Shown here piece after piece: positions 1 to 8,314 of a DNA stretch of 38,156 nucleotides. The stretch covers positions 1 to 38,156 of the IMG/VR virus record IMGVR_UViG_3300025723_000092. The stretch is one strand, 5' to 3'. Under the pieces are notes generated by a model that saw only the letters and a program-made list of their open reading frames with translations, ran no database searches and was not told the DNA's origin. Position numbers and translations under genes: made by a program. Numbering within the stretch: the first letter of the stretch is position 1; every line of letters starts with the position of its first letter. Origin of the DNA: a virus. Taxonomy: Duplodnaviria; Caudoviricetes.

Positions 1-2
1 GG

Positions 3-143
3 ATAGGTTTGACACATGAAGAAATATCAGTCGAATGGTTTGCAGTTTTTGATGCTGAGCCTGGCATTGGAAAAAATATAACCAATGGTGTATTTGATTT
101 TGCTAATGCAATAGAAGCTAAATTAAAGGAGAAGAACACATGA
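3..143 (+). CDS. 5'-truncated small phage protein (WxGLTxEE...AIEAKLKEKNT type)
   Basis: Manual translation: IGLTHEEISVEWFAVFDAEPGIGKNITNGVFDFANAIEAKLKEKNT*. It shares GLTxEE and LKEKNT with the next ORF, and its stop overlaps the next start (ATGA). Confidence 0.75.
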   Translation: MGLTHEEISVEWFAVFDAEPGIGKNITNGVFDFANAIEAKLKEKNT

Positions 144-388
144 ACGAAAAACTAATGGTCGATAGAGCTTGTTTCGAGCGTGGGTGCATGGGACTTCCTA
201 ACCCGCACGAGAGACTTATTAAAGAAGATGAGGTGGTGTGGTTGGTGGAGGGGAGAGAGTGGGTAGGGTTAACTGATGAGGAAAAAGCACAGTTTGTTGT
301 TGCGTATTACCCATCAAACTGGGATAGAAAAACGGCAGTAACTTTAATGAGCGATTACGAAAAATACCTCAAGGAGAAGAACACATGA
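140..388 (+). CDS. Small hypothetical phage protein (WVGLTDEE...LKEKNT type)
   Basis: ORF track; AAGGAG SD; paralogous C-terminal module with the upstream partial ORF. Confidence 0.8.
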   Translation: MNEKLMVDRACFERGCMGLPNPHERLIKEDEVVWLVEGREWVGLTDEEKAQFVVAYYPSNWDRKTAVTLMSDYEKYLKEKNT

Positions 389-519
389 GACTTAGCATCA
401 AATTATTTGAATATCGTTACGTTTTAAAAATATTTTTTCCTATAGAGCGCCACATTAAATGGCTACCTGCGATTATGTGGGGAAAAGTTAGTCGTGCCCC
501 AATGGAGAAGAACATATGA
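385..519 (+). CDS. 44-aa hypothetical protein (not in ORF track)
   Basis: Manual translation: MRLSIKLFEYRYVLKIFFPIERHIKWLPAIMWGKVSRAPMEKNI*. Strong SD, ATGA overlaps at both ends, fills the gap exactly. Confidence 0.7.
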   Translation: MRLSIKLFEYRYVLKIFFPIERHIKWLPAIMWGKVSRAPMEKNI

Positions 520-761
520 CACCAGAACAGATACGAAACCTTTGCCCTGTGTGTAAAAAACCAAGAGGGGTTGGCAGTCCTTACGAATTTAATCATGGTA
601 ACTGTATGGAGATACGGGCGCAGACAGAAGGCAAAGAATCGGCGTATCCTGGTAAAAAAGGTTTTGAAACTATAACCAAAGACCAACTAAAAAAATCAAA
701 AGATAACAGCTCAAAAAAAGTATATCTTTCGGGTAAATTACCAAAATGGATGTTAAATTAA
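516..761 (+). CDS. Small hypothetical protein with possible Zn-binding motif
   Basis: CPVC...HGNC; GGAG SD; ATGA coupling. Confidence 0.75.
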   Translation: MTPEQIRNLCPVCKKPRGVGSPYEFNHGNCMEIRAQTEGKESAYPGKKGFETITKDQLKKSKDNSSKKVYLSGKLPKWMLN

Positions 762-774
762 AGGAGAGAAACAC

Positions 775-888
775 ATGAATGAGGTATTAGATATTCTTTT
801 ATTAATAGGCGCACTTGCCGTTGCATCCGTATGGATTGTTGCGGTATTTTGTTTTATTATATACACAGTAGGAGGACACGATGAGTAA
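775..888 (+). CDS. 37-aa single-pass membrane microprotein (not in ORF track)
   Basis: Manual translation: MNEVLDILLLIGALAVASVWIVAVFCFIIYTVGGHDE*. AAGGAG SD and one long hydrophobic stretch. Confidence 0.7.
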   Translation: MNEVLDILLLIGALAVASVWIVAVFCFIIYTVGGHDE

Positions 889-1141
889 TATTGATCACGC
901 TAAATTTGCAGAAAACTTTGATAAGATTTTTAGGAGCACACCAATGGATGAATCTATAAGAGAGCTTGATTTAGAACTAGGCAACGCAAGAATTTTGTTG
1001 GGTATGTACGAAGACCTAAGCGCCAAAACAAAAGAACTTTGTGGCTATGTAGAAAAGGGTATGCAAGGTGACGCAACACGCACCACACCCGCTATATGGG
1101 CGATCATCGAGGAGATCAGACGCTTTGAGGCAAAAGCGTGA
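881..1141 (+). CDS. Hypothetical protein
   Basis: GGAGG SD before ATG 881; a second SD (AGGAG) precedes the internal Met near 944. Confidence 0.7.
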   Translation: MSNIDHAKFAENFDKIFRSTPMDESIRELDLELGNARILLGMYEDLSAKTKELCGYVEKGMQGDATRTTPAIWAIIEEIRRFEAKA

Positions 1142-1350
1142 GCGGTTGGCGTAAAAGACAAATACAGGAGAAACAAATGCCAAGACCACAAACCGAACTA
1201 ACAAACAGTAGACTACAAGTTGGGGCACGTGTGACCCTAGCGCAAAAAAATGAGTTTCAAAGACTAGGTGGTTCCACTTGGTTAAAGAACATACTCAACC
1301 AAAGCATAAGAGAACGTGCAATAAAGGAAATAGAAAATGAACGCAGATGA
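1138..1350 (+). CDS. Putative small DNA-binding protein (ribbon-helix-helix-like); likely start ATG 1177
   Basis: MPRP...QVGARVTLAQKNEFQRLGGSTWLKNIL pattern; CAGGAG SD upstream of 1177. Confidence 0.6.
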   Translation: MSGWRKRQIQEKQMPRPQTELTNSRLQVGARVTLAQKNEFQRLGGSTWLKNILNQSIRERAIKEIENERR

Positions 1351-1558
1351 TAAACAAATTGGTGGCAACCACTACAAAGAAATGCCTGTGCAACCTTGGA
1401 CAGTAATGGAAAATGTCCTTACCCCCGAAGAATTTAGAGGGTTTTTGAAAGGCAACATCATCAAGTACTCTATGCGTGCAGGGCGCAAAGGTGCAACAGA
1501 CGAAGATATAAAAAAAGCATTTCACTACATTGAGAAACTTAATGAGGTGCATTACTAA
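1337..1558 (+). CDS. DUF3310 family protein (related to T7 gp1.7 nucleotide kinase)
   Basis: QIGGNHYK...QPW...GFLKGNIIKY..RAGRKG...EDIKKAFHYIEKL signature. Confidence 0.85.
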   Translation: MNADDKQIGGNHYKEMPVQPWTVMENVLTPEEFRGFLKGNIIKYSMRAGRKGATDEDIKKAFHYIEKLNEVHY

Positions 1559-1845
1559 TGGCTATGACTCCCGAAGCTTTAGTTAAAAAGCAAATCAAAG
1601 CAATACTCACAAAGAACAACGCTTACTATGCAATGCCTATCGGTACTGGCTATGGGAATTCAGGTGTACCTGATTTTCTTATTTGTCACAAAGGTAGGTT
1701 CATCGCTATCGAAGCAAAGGCGGGTGACAACAAACCAACTGCACTACAAGAAGCGCACCTTGAGCGAATAAAAAAAGCATGGGGTGTAGCGCACGTTATA
1801 AATGAAGATAACTTAAATATACTAGAGGAGATACTAAATGACTGA
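1558..1845 (+). CDS. VRR-NUC domain nuclease / putative Holliday junction resolvase
   Basis: PEALVK...GVPDFL...FIAIEAK...PTALQ PD-(D/E)XK pattern. Confidence 0.85.
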   Translation: MAMTPEALVKKQIKAILTKNNAYYAMPIGTGYGNSGVPDFLICHKGRFIAIEAKAGDNKPTALQEAHLERIKKAWGVAHVINEDNLNILEEILND

Positions 1846-2119
1846 TGAAGAAAAAGCATTTGTTATAAGCACGTGTTTAGAAAAGATGCAAATATTTGAG
1901 AAAGAACACATGGTGGACATCATGTATCAACTGGTGCATTGCTACGGCAAAGATGCAGGTAAAGCAGTAATTCTTTTTCAACCCTACAACACAGAATACG
2001 TATCCATAACAACCGCTAACTGCAACGACATGGAAGCAGCAACACTTCTACTAAGAGCAGACGAACACATAGGCTATGTGAATATGCGCAACGCGCCCCC
2101 CAAGGAGATGTTTAATTGA
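1838..2119 (+). CDS. Hypothetical protein
   Basis: GAGGAG SD; overlaps neighbours at both ends. Confidence 0.75.
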   Translation: MTDEEKAFVISTCLEKMQIFEKEHMVDIMYQLVHCYGKDAGKAVILFQPYNTEYVSITTANCNDMEAATLLLRADEHIGYVNMRNAPPKEMFN

Positions 2120-4083
2120 CTGCACCATACAAGACGATACTGACCATTGATTTTGAAACCCGATGGGATAGTAAAGACTACACACTAAGTAAGATGACAA
2201 CAGAGGAGTACATAAGAGATGCACGATTCAAAGCTTTCGGAGCCTGTATCCACGAATACGGGAATGACAAAGTCACACAATGGTATCGAGACGATGAACT
2301 ACATCGAATCTTATCTACATACGACTGGAAACAAACAGCCATCCTCGCACATAACGCCCAATTCGATGTTTCCATACTCGAATGGAAATACGACACACAC
2401 CCCGCTTTCATTTTCGACACACTATCAATGGCACGAGCTTTACGAGGCGTGGAGGTTGGCAATAGTCTCGCCAAGCTTGCGTCAGATTTTAATCTTCCCC
2501 CCAAAGGGAGAGCCGTACACAGTACAGATGGTGCCGTGGAACTTCGGAAGGACGTGGAGATTGAACTTGCCGAATACTGTAAACACGACGTATACCTATG
2601 TGAACAGATTTTCAATAGACTTATAACAGGATACCCTGCTAAGGAACTCAGACTCATCGACATGACGCTGAAGATGTACACGCGCCCAATGCTTGTACTA
2701 GATGAAGCCATGTTACTCAAAGCACTAGAAGAAGAAAGGACATCACGTGAGAAGCTACTACAAAAACTCAACATCGAGGAGACTGCGCTTGCATCGAATC
2801 CGCAGTTTGCTTCCATACTTAAAACGCTTGGCGTCGTTCCGCCAACCAAAGTCAGTAAAACTACCGGGAAAGAAACACTCGCACTCGCTAAGAACGACGC
2901 GCTTTTCCAAGCGCTACTCAATGGTGAACGCGAAGACGTTGCCCTTTTATGTGAAGCGCGTCTTCGGGTCAAATCAACGACAGAACGCACACGAGCGCAA
3001 AGGTTCTTGGACATCAGTCAGCGAGGTAGTCTACCAGTTCCGCTATCGTACTATGGTGCGAAGTCTGGTCGTTGGTCAGCGTCCAAAGGATCCGCTATCA
3101 ATATGCAAAACCTCAAACGTGGGTCGTTCTTACGTAAAGCAATTATGGCTCCCGAGGGTACACAACTGGTCGTGGGCGACCTCTCACAAATTGAACCAAG
3201 AGTCCTTGCGTGGCTATGTGATTATGAAGACATGCTTACGATCTTCAGGTCAGGAAGTGACGCTTATGCGGCGTTCGGTGCGCAAATGTTTAACATACCC
3301 GGACTTAGTAAGGAGAGCCATCCCGACCTTCGGCAGTCTGCAAAGAGCGCGCTCTTGGGTTGTGGGTATGGTCTCGGATGGGCTTCGTTTGCATCGCAAC
3401 TATTGGTTGGCTTCCTTGGGGCGCCACCAGTCCGCTACGAAAAAGCTTTTGCGAAGAAGCTGGGTGTAACAAGTGAAATGGTTGAGAAGTTTCTTGATTG
3501 GGAAGACAACTTGGTAAAGATGTCGGAAATTCCCCATAACTGTAGCGAACTTGAGTTAGCTATTCACTGCGTGACCGCTAAAAGAATCATTGACATATAT
3601 CGTGCTACTGCGTATCAAGTCGTATCATTTTGGGAAATGTGCAATGATCTATTAGAAGTTGCGTTGTATGGTGGGGCAGAATGTAAACACAAGTGTTTGA
3701 CATTTCGCAAGGGTGAGATAGAATTACCCAATGGAATGAAGTTGCTTTATCCTGATCTACGCAAAGTTAAAGATGATAAAGGTAGGAGCCAGTATGTATA
3801 CGGGCCAGACGCTACTAAGATATATGCAGGGAAGATTACTAACAACGTCACACAGGCGCTTGCTCGCATTGTGATGACAGACGGGATGCTACGAGTACAG
3901 AAAAGGTACCCTGTAGTTGGAACTGTGCACGACGAGTTAATATGCGTTGTGCCAGATGAGGAAGCGAAGGAGGCATTGCCTTGGGTGTTAGCGCAGATGA
4001 CGGCTGAGCCAAGCTATATGCGTGGTATACCTTTGGATGCTGATGGAGGATATAACAGAAGATATGGAGAAGCAAAAGGATGA
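2116..4083 (+). CDS. polA: DNA polymerase family A with 3'-5' exonuclease domain (no 5'-3' exonuclease)
   Basis: ExoI IDFET, ExoII HNAQFD, ExoIII YCKHD; motif A GDLSQIEPR, motif B RQSAKSALLGCGYG, motif C TVHDEL; TTG start with AAGGAG SD. Confidence 0.95.
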   Translation: MTAPYKTILTIDFETRWDSKDYTLSKMTTEEYIRDARFKAFGACIHEYGNDKVTQWYRDDELHRILSTYDWKQTAILAHNAQFDVSILEWKYDTHPAFIFDTLSMARALRGVEVGNSLAKLASDFNLPPKGRAVHSTDGAVELRKDVEIELAEYCKHDVYLCEQIFNRLITGYPAKELRLIDMTLKMYTRPMLVLDEAMLLKALEEERTSREKLLQKLNIEETALASNPQFASILKTLGVVPPTKVSKTTGKETLALAKNDALFQALLNGEREDVALLCEARLRVKSTTERTRAQRFLDISQRGSLPVPLSYYGAKSGRWSASKGSAINMQNLKRGSFLRKAIMAPEGTQLVVGDLSQIEPRVLAWLCDYEDMLTIFRSGSDAYAAFGAQMFNIPGLSKESHPDLRQSAKSALLGCGYGLGWASFASQLLVGFLGAPPVRYEKAFAKKLGVTSEMVEKFLDWEDNLVKMSEIPHNCSELELAIHCVTAKRIIDIYRATAYQVVSFWEMCNDLLEVALYGGAECKHKCLTFRKGEIELPNGMKLLYPDLRKVKDDKGRSQYVYGPDATKIYAGKITNNVTQALARIVMTDGMLRVQKRYPVVGTVHDELICVVPDEEAKEALPWVLAQMTAEPSYMRGIPLDADGGYNRRYGEAKG

Positions 4084-4388
4084 TAAAAGAAATACCAAAG
4101 AAAATTAAGGTAGGTGACAATTGGTATTCAGTTGAAATTGTTGAGGCACTTGAAGATAAGTACGCAATGGGTTCAGTTGAATTTACCAAACGAGCAATAC
4201 AACTCAATAGCCGTAGTCAATCAGGCAAACGCTATACGCCAACAGAGGTTAAGGAAACATTTTGGCATGAGTTGGTACACGCAATCCTTGTAGACATGGG
4301 TGAGTACAGACTAAACAACAAAGAACAATTTGTAGAACAGTTTGCTATTCGTTTAAGCAGAGCCGTTAAATCAGCGAGATTCAAATGA
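4080..4388 (+). CDS. Small zincin-like metallopeptidase (HExxH)
   Basis: TFWHELVHAIL followed by a downstream Glu (NKEQFVE). Confidence 0.7.
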   Translation: MIKEIPKKIKVGDNWYSVEIVEALEDKYAMGSVEFTKRAIQLNSRSQSGKRYTPTEVKETFWHELVHAILVDMGEYRLNNKEQFVEQFAIRLSRAVKSARFK

Positions 4389-5050
4389 CTAATGTAGTAT
4401 GGTCGCACAGTTCTTTAAAAGACTATGAGGGATGCCCACGTAGGTATCATGAGGTTAAGGTACTTAAGAAGTTTCCTTTTGTAGAGAACGAACACACAAG
4501 ATATGGAACAAAATTCCATGAAGCTGCCGAGTTCTATATTAAAGATGCTACGCCCATACCACCACAGTTTGAATTTGCTAAAGACACGCTCGATGCCCTT
4601 GCATCTATTGAGGGGCGCAAGTTATGTGAGTACAAGATGGCGCTTACAACAGACCTTAAACCCTGCGCTTGGACTAGTCCAGACGTTTGGGTAAGAGGTA
4701 TTGCCGATCTGCTTATTATCAACGATGATGACTTAACTGCCAAAGTTGTTGACTATAAAACAGGTAATAACAAATATCCTGACAGAGAGCAATTAAAGCT
4801 GATGTCACTTATGGTGTTTGCCCATTTCCCACATATTAGAAAAGTGAATTCAGCTTTGCTTTTTGTCGTAAAAGATGATATGGTGAAGCAAAGTATGACG
4901 CTCGATCAAGCCGAAGCTGAGTGGTGGAATTACCGCCGTAGGGTAGCTAGGGTTGAGCAAGCGCATGCAACAGGCGTATGGAATCCTACGCCAACACCAC
5001 TATGTCCGTGGTGTCCTGTAACAACCTGTGAATTTAATCCCAAACATTAG
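4385..5050 (+). CDS. Cas4/AddB-like PD-(D/E)XK exonuclease
   Basis: N-terminal CPRRY, GIADLL...VVDYKTG, QL motif, C-terminal CPWC...C (1+3 Cys Fe-S pattern). Confidence 0.9.
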   Translation: MTNVVWSHSSLKDYEGCPRRYHEVKVLKKFPFVENEHTRYGTKFHEAAEFYIKDATPIPPQFEFAKDTLDALASIEGRKLCEYKMALTTDLKPCAWTSPDVWVRGIADLLIINDDDLTAKVVDYKTGNNKYPDREQLKLMSLMVFAHFPHIRKVNSALLFVVKDDMVKQSMTLDQAEAEWWNYRRRVARVEQAHATGVWNPTPTPLCPWCPVTTCEFNPKH

Positions 5051-5058
5051 GAGCAATC

Positions 5059-5328
5059 ATGCCAAAGTCAAGTCCCAAAAAACTAGCGTACAACACGGAG
5101 TACGAATCATCTCCAAAGCAAGTCAAGCTAAGAGAAGAAAGAAACAAAGCGCGTTTATTAGAAATGAAAGCGGGTAAGGTAAAGAAAGGAGATGGTAAGG
5201 AAGTCGATCATATCAAGATGCTCGATGCGGGTGGTAAAAATAATAAAAAGAATTTGCGTGTAGTACCTGAGAGTGTGAACAGAAGTTGGCGTGATGATCA
5301 CGGCAAAGTTTACGGCAAGAAAAAATAA
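5059..5328 (+). CDS. Small HNH-like endonuclease
   Basis: EVDHIKMLDAGGKN..KNLRVV...VNRS (H-N-N variant); AGGAG SD. Confidence 0.8.
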   Translation: MPKSSPKKLAYNTEYESSPKQVKLREERNKARLLEMKAGKVKKGDGKEVDHIKMLDAGGKNNKKNLRVVPESVNRSWRDDHGKVYGKKK

Positions 5329-5343
5329 ATATAAGAGAAGCAA

Positions 5344-6918
5344 ATGCAAATAGTAGATGATAAGGCGCTGGTCTTTAAGACCAGAAGCCCGGAGAAGTAC
5401 TCCCTCATTCCTAAGCATAAAGTGCTTAGTGAAGATAACGGCACATACGAGATCGCAGTTTACTGGGGTCTGGACGAAGTAAGGGTGTTGAAAAACCTTG
5501 GCGTTAAAAACGTACCCTCACCGATAACAAGACGTTACAAATGGCCGGGTAGATTTAAACCTATGGCACATCAAATAGAAACGTCTGCGTTCTTAACGCT
5601 ACATAAACGTGCGTTCGTGTTTTCTGAACCAGGCACAGGCAAAACACTATCCGCATTATGGGCGGCTGATTATTTGATGCAAAGAAAAGAAGTCAGAAGA
5701 TGTTTAATACTATGTCCTTTGTCCATCATGCAGTCAGCGTGGCTCAGCGACTTAAACAACAGTATCATACATCGCTCTGCCGTAGTCGCGCACCACGCGC
5801 AATCTACCCGACGCATCGAGATGATTCAACAAGACTATGAGTTTGTTATTACTAACTATGATGGACTCAATCTTGTAGCAGATGAAATAAACAGCAATGG
5901 AAAATTTGATCTAATCATAGTCGACGAAGCCAACGCATACAAAACTGTATCAACCAAGCGATGGAAGTCACTTAAATCTATTATCAAACCCAACACACAG
6001 TTGTGGATGATGACAGGAACACCCGCTTCACAGTCTCCAGTTGATGCGTATGGTTTAGCTAAATTAGTCAACCCCGATGGTGTGCCAATGTTCTTTACAG
6101 GTTGGCGTGATAGGGTAATGAACAAGATCACAATGTACAAGTGGGCACCAAAACCAGATGCTAAAGAATTAGTACACGAAGCTTTGCAACCGGCTATTAG
6201 ATTTACTAAAGCGCAGTGTCTTGATCTACCGCCTGTGTTGACGATGACGCGTGAGATACCTTTAACGACACAACAAGCTAAGTATTACAACTTACTTAAA
6301 GACCGGATGCTGATTCAAGCATCAGGAGAAACTGTAAGCGCTGTTAATGCTGCAGCTATGGTTAGTAAACTTCTTCAAGTATCTTGTGGTGCGGCTTATA
6401 CGGATGACAAAGAGATTGTAGAGTTTGATTCATTACCACGGCTAAACGTGCTTGAAGAAATACTGCGTGAGACTGACCGAAAGGTAATAGTTTTTGCAAT
6501 GTTCCGATCAGTCATTGATACCATCTACAACCACTTGCTTTCCAACAACATACAAACAAACTACATCAACGGAGACGTTACCCCATCAAAACGCTCGGAT
6601 ATTATTAGGCGTTTTCAGAATGAGGAAAACCCTAGGGTGTTGGTTATGCAACCACAGGCTACAGCGCATGGCATTACGTTGACTAGGGCAGATACTGTTG
6701 TATTTTACGGACCTCTTATGAGCGTTGAGCAGTACACACAAGCCATTGCAAGGGCTGACCGCAAGGGACAGGACTCCGATAAAGTTACTGTTATACATAT
6801 CCAAGGCAGTCCGATTGAGAAAAAAATGTTTAAAGCTTTGGAGTCCAAGGTAAGTGATAACTTACTTATTACACAGATGTTCGAAAATGAAATTAATATA
6901 AAGGAGGTGTTGAAATGA
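5344..6918 (+). CDS. SNF2-like superfamily 2 helicase
   Basis: Walker A EPGTGKT, Walker B IVDEAN, motif III TGTP, HGITLT, QAIARADRKGQ. Confidence 0.92.
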   Translation: MQIVDDKALVFKTRSPEKYSLIPKHKVLSEDNGTYEIAVYWGLDEVRVLKNLGVKNVPSPITRRYKWPGRFKPMAHQIETSAFLTLHKRAFVFSEPGTGKTLSALWAADYLMQRKEVRRCLILCPLSIMQSAWLSDLNNSIIHRSAVVAHHAQSTRRIEMIQQDYEFVITNYDGLNLVADEINSNGKFDLIIVDEANAYKTVSTKRWKSLKSIIKPNTQLWMMTGTPASQSPVDAYGLAKLVNPDGVPMFFTGWRDRVMNKITMYKWAPKPDAKELVHEALQPAIRFTKAQCLDLPPVLTMTREIPLTTQQAKYYNLLKDRMLIQASGETVSAVNAAAMVSKLLQVSCGAAYTDDKEIVEFDSLPRLNVLEEILRETDRKVIVFAMFRSVIDTIYNHLLSNNIQTNYINGDVTPSKRSDIIRRFQNEENPRVLVMQPQATAHGITLTRADTVVFYGPLMSVEQYTQAIARADRKGQDSDKVTVIHIQGSPIEKKMFKALESKVSDNLLITQMFENEINIKEVLK

Positions 6919-6952
6919 TTTAAAAAACATGTATACTGTCTAACCCTTGACA
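6910..6952 (+). promoter_or_regulatory. Putative sigma70 promoter with adjacent imperfect palindromic operator
   Basis: TTGAAA (6910-6915), 16-nt spacer, TATACT (6932-6937); TGTCTA-ACCC-TTGACA at 6937-6952; lies in the largest intergenic gap of the + arm. Confidence 0.55.
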
Positions 6953-6985
6953 AATAACCTATTAAAAAACAACCGGAGAAGTTAA

Positions 6986-7390
6986 ATGGAAACAGAAGTA
7001 ATACCGTTTGATCAGCTTACCAAAATCTACAGAAAGATGAAGGCTAAGATTGACGAACTTACAAAAGAATACGATAGCGAAGTCGAAAAGTTGAAAGCTC
7101 AACTGGACGAAATCAAAATCGGTATGAAGGAACAGATGAAAGCCACAGGGGTATCGTCTGTAAAAACTGAGTTTGGCACAGTAAGTTTAGTGACCAAGAC
7201 TCGCTACTCAACACAGGACTGGGATTCGTTCAAACGCTTTGTCGTTGAACATGATGTCGTGGACTTACTTGAGAAGCGTATCGCACAAGCTAACATGGCT
7301 AAATTCATTGAAGAAAATCCTGGACTTGTACCTCCAGGTCTTAACTCTATGGCAGAGTATGACATTCGCGTTTTAAAATCAACTAAGTGA
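6986..7390 (+). CDS. Coiled-coil protein, Gp157/Gam-like
   Basis: N-terminal coiled coil, then SVKTEFGTV...DWDSF...LLEKRI...PPGL; position between helicase and SSB-like gene. Confidence 0.55.
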   Translation: METEVIPFDQLTKIYRKMKAKIDELTKEYDSEVEKLKAQLDEIKIGMKEQMKATGVSSVKTEFGTVSLVTKTRYSTQDWDSFKRFVVEHDVVDLLEKRIAQANMAKFIEENPGLVPPGLNSMAEYDIRVLKSTK

Positions 7391-7398
7391 GATTACAT

Positions 7399-8307
7399 AT
7401 GACTAACCTAACAGTTTTTAACCCATCCCAAGTTCCTGCATTTGCTAAGACAGGAGAACTATCCGATACAGCTAGAGCCTTAATGGGCGGTGCAGTTGGA
7501 TCATCTAAGCGCATCTCTATCAAAGGCGGTGTGTTTCGTTTAATTTCCGGTGGCAAAGAAATGGCAAGTATTGAAGACCGCCATCTCGATGTGATCGTTG
7601 TTAAAGCAGCACCTAAAGTCAGCCGTATGTTTTACGCTAAGTCATATGATGCTGAAAATATCAGTGGACCCGATTGCTGGTCTAATGATGGCGAGACACC
7701 AGACGCATCTATCAAAGAAGCTCAAAGCGTTTCTTGTGCCACTTGCCCACAGAACATTGCAGGTTCAGGTCAAGGTAATAGCCGTGCTTGCCGTTATCAA
7801 CAGCGTCTTGCAGTTGTGTTGGAGAATGATCCATCAGGCGACATCTTACAACTTACACTACCCGCAACTTCTATCTTTGGTAAAGAAGACGGAGACAAAC
7901 GTCCCCTTCAAGCGTATGTTCGTCACTTGGCTTTAGCATCCCCACCTGTTGACGTTGAGAAGATCGTAACGCGCATGAAGTTCGATATGAAGTCTGAGAG
8001 TCCAAAGCTGATCTTTGCTCCTGTTCGTTGGTTGACTGAAGAAGAATACGAAATTACAAAAGAGCAAGGTGCATCAGACGAAGCCAGTCGTGCAGTTGTT
8101 ATGACAGTCTCACAAACAGATGGTGTCAAGGACAAACCCAAAGCTATCGGTCTAGCAATACCAAAAGCCGCTAAAGCAAAGGCAGTTCCTGTTGCAGAAG
8201 AGGAAGAAGTTGAGCCAGAAGTTCGTAAAGAAACCGCCAAGCCAACCGCAGTCCCTGCAAAGAAAAGCAAACTTTCTGAAATCGTTAGTGACTGGGATGA
8301 TGAGTGA
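7399..8307 (+). CDS. Putative ssDNA-binding/annealing protein (ATG 7399 preferred to GTG 7387)
   Basis: Acidic C-terminus SDWDDE after a flexible Ala/Lys/Pro linker; four Cys (PDCWS, CATC, RACRY); replication-module context. Confidence 0.6.
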   Translation: MTNLTVFNPSQVPAFAKTGELSDTARALMGGAVGSSKRISIKGGVFRLISGGKEMASIEDRHLDVIVVKAAPKVSRMFYAKSYDAENISGPDCWSNDGETPDASIKEAQSVSCATCPQNIAGSGQGNSRACRYQQRLAVVLENDPSGDILQLTLPATSIFGKEDGDKRPLQAYVRHLALASPPVDVEKIVTRMKFDMKSESPKLIFAPVRWLTEEEYEITKEQGASDEASRAVVMTVSQTDGVKDKPKAIGLAIPKAAKAKAVPVAEEEEVEPEVRKETAKPTAVPAKKSKLSEIVSDWDDE

Positions 8308-8314
8308 ACTATAA

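Larger units (their letters stand above)
126..778 (+). repeat. Dispersed gene-junction direct repeat AAGGAGAAGAACACATGA (4 copies)
   Basis: Exact 18-mers at 126-143 and 371-388; variants GGAGAAGAACATATGA at 504-519 and AAATTAAAGGAGAGAAACACATGA at 755-778. Each copy contains an SD and the next ATG. Confidence 0.9.

Noticed and set aside
126-778. Regularly recurring repeat as a possible CRISPR array
   Set aside because: The repeat is only 18 bp, non-palindromic and contains SD+ATG. Spacings are over 100 bp and are ORFs.
2178-3469. Long alternative ORFs over polA (278 aa antisense; 135 and 240 aa in other + frames)
   Set aside because: Ser/Arg-rich shadow translations with no motifs or convincing SD, fully inside a well-supported gene.
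4385-5050. Cas4-like gene as evidence of a CRISPR-Cas system
   Set aside because: No other cas genes or array; stand-alone Cas4-like nucleases are common in phage replication modules.
6947-6952. Perfect TTGACA as a -35 box
   Set aside because: No convincing -10 at 16-18 nt downstream; better explained as half of a dyad.
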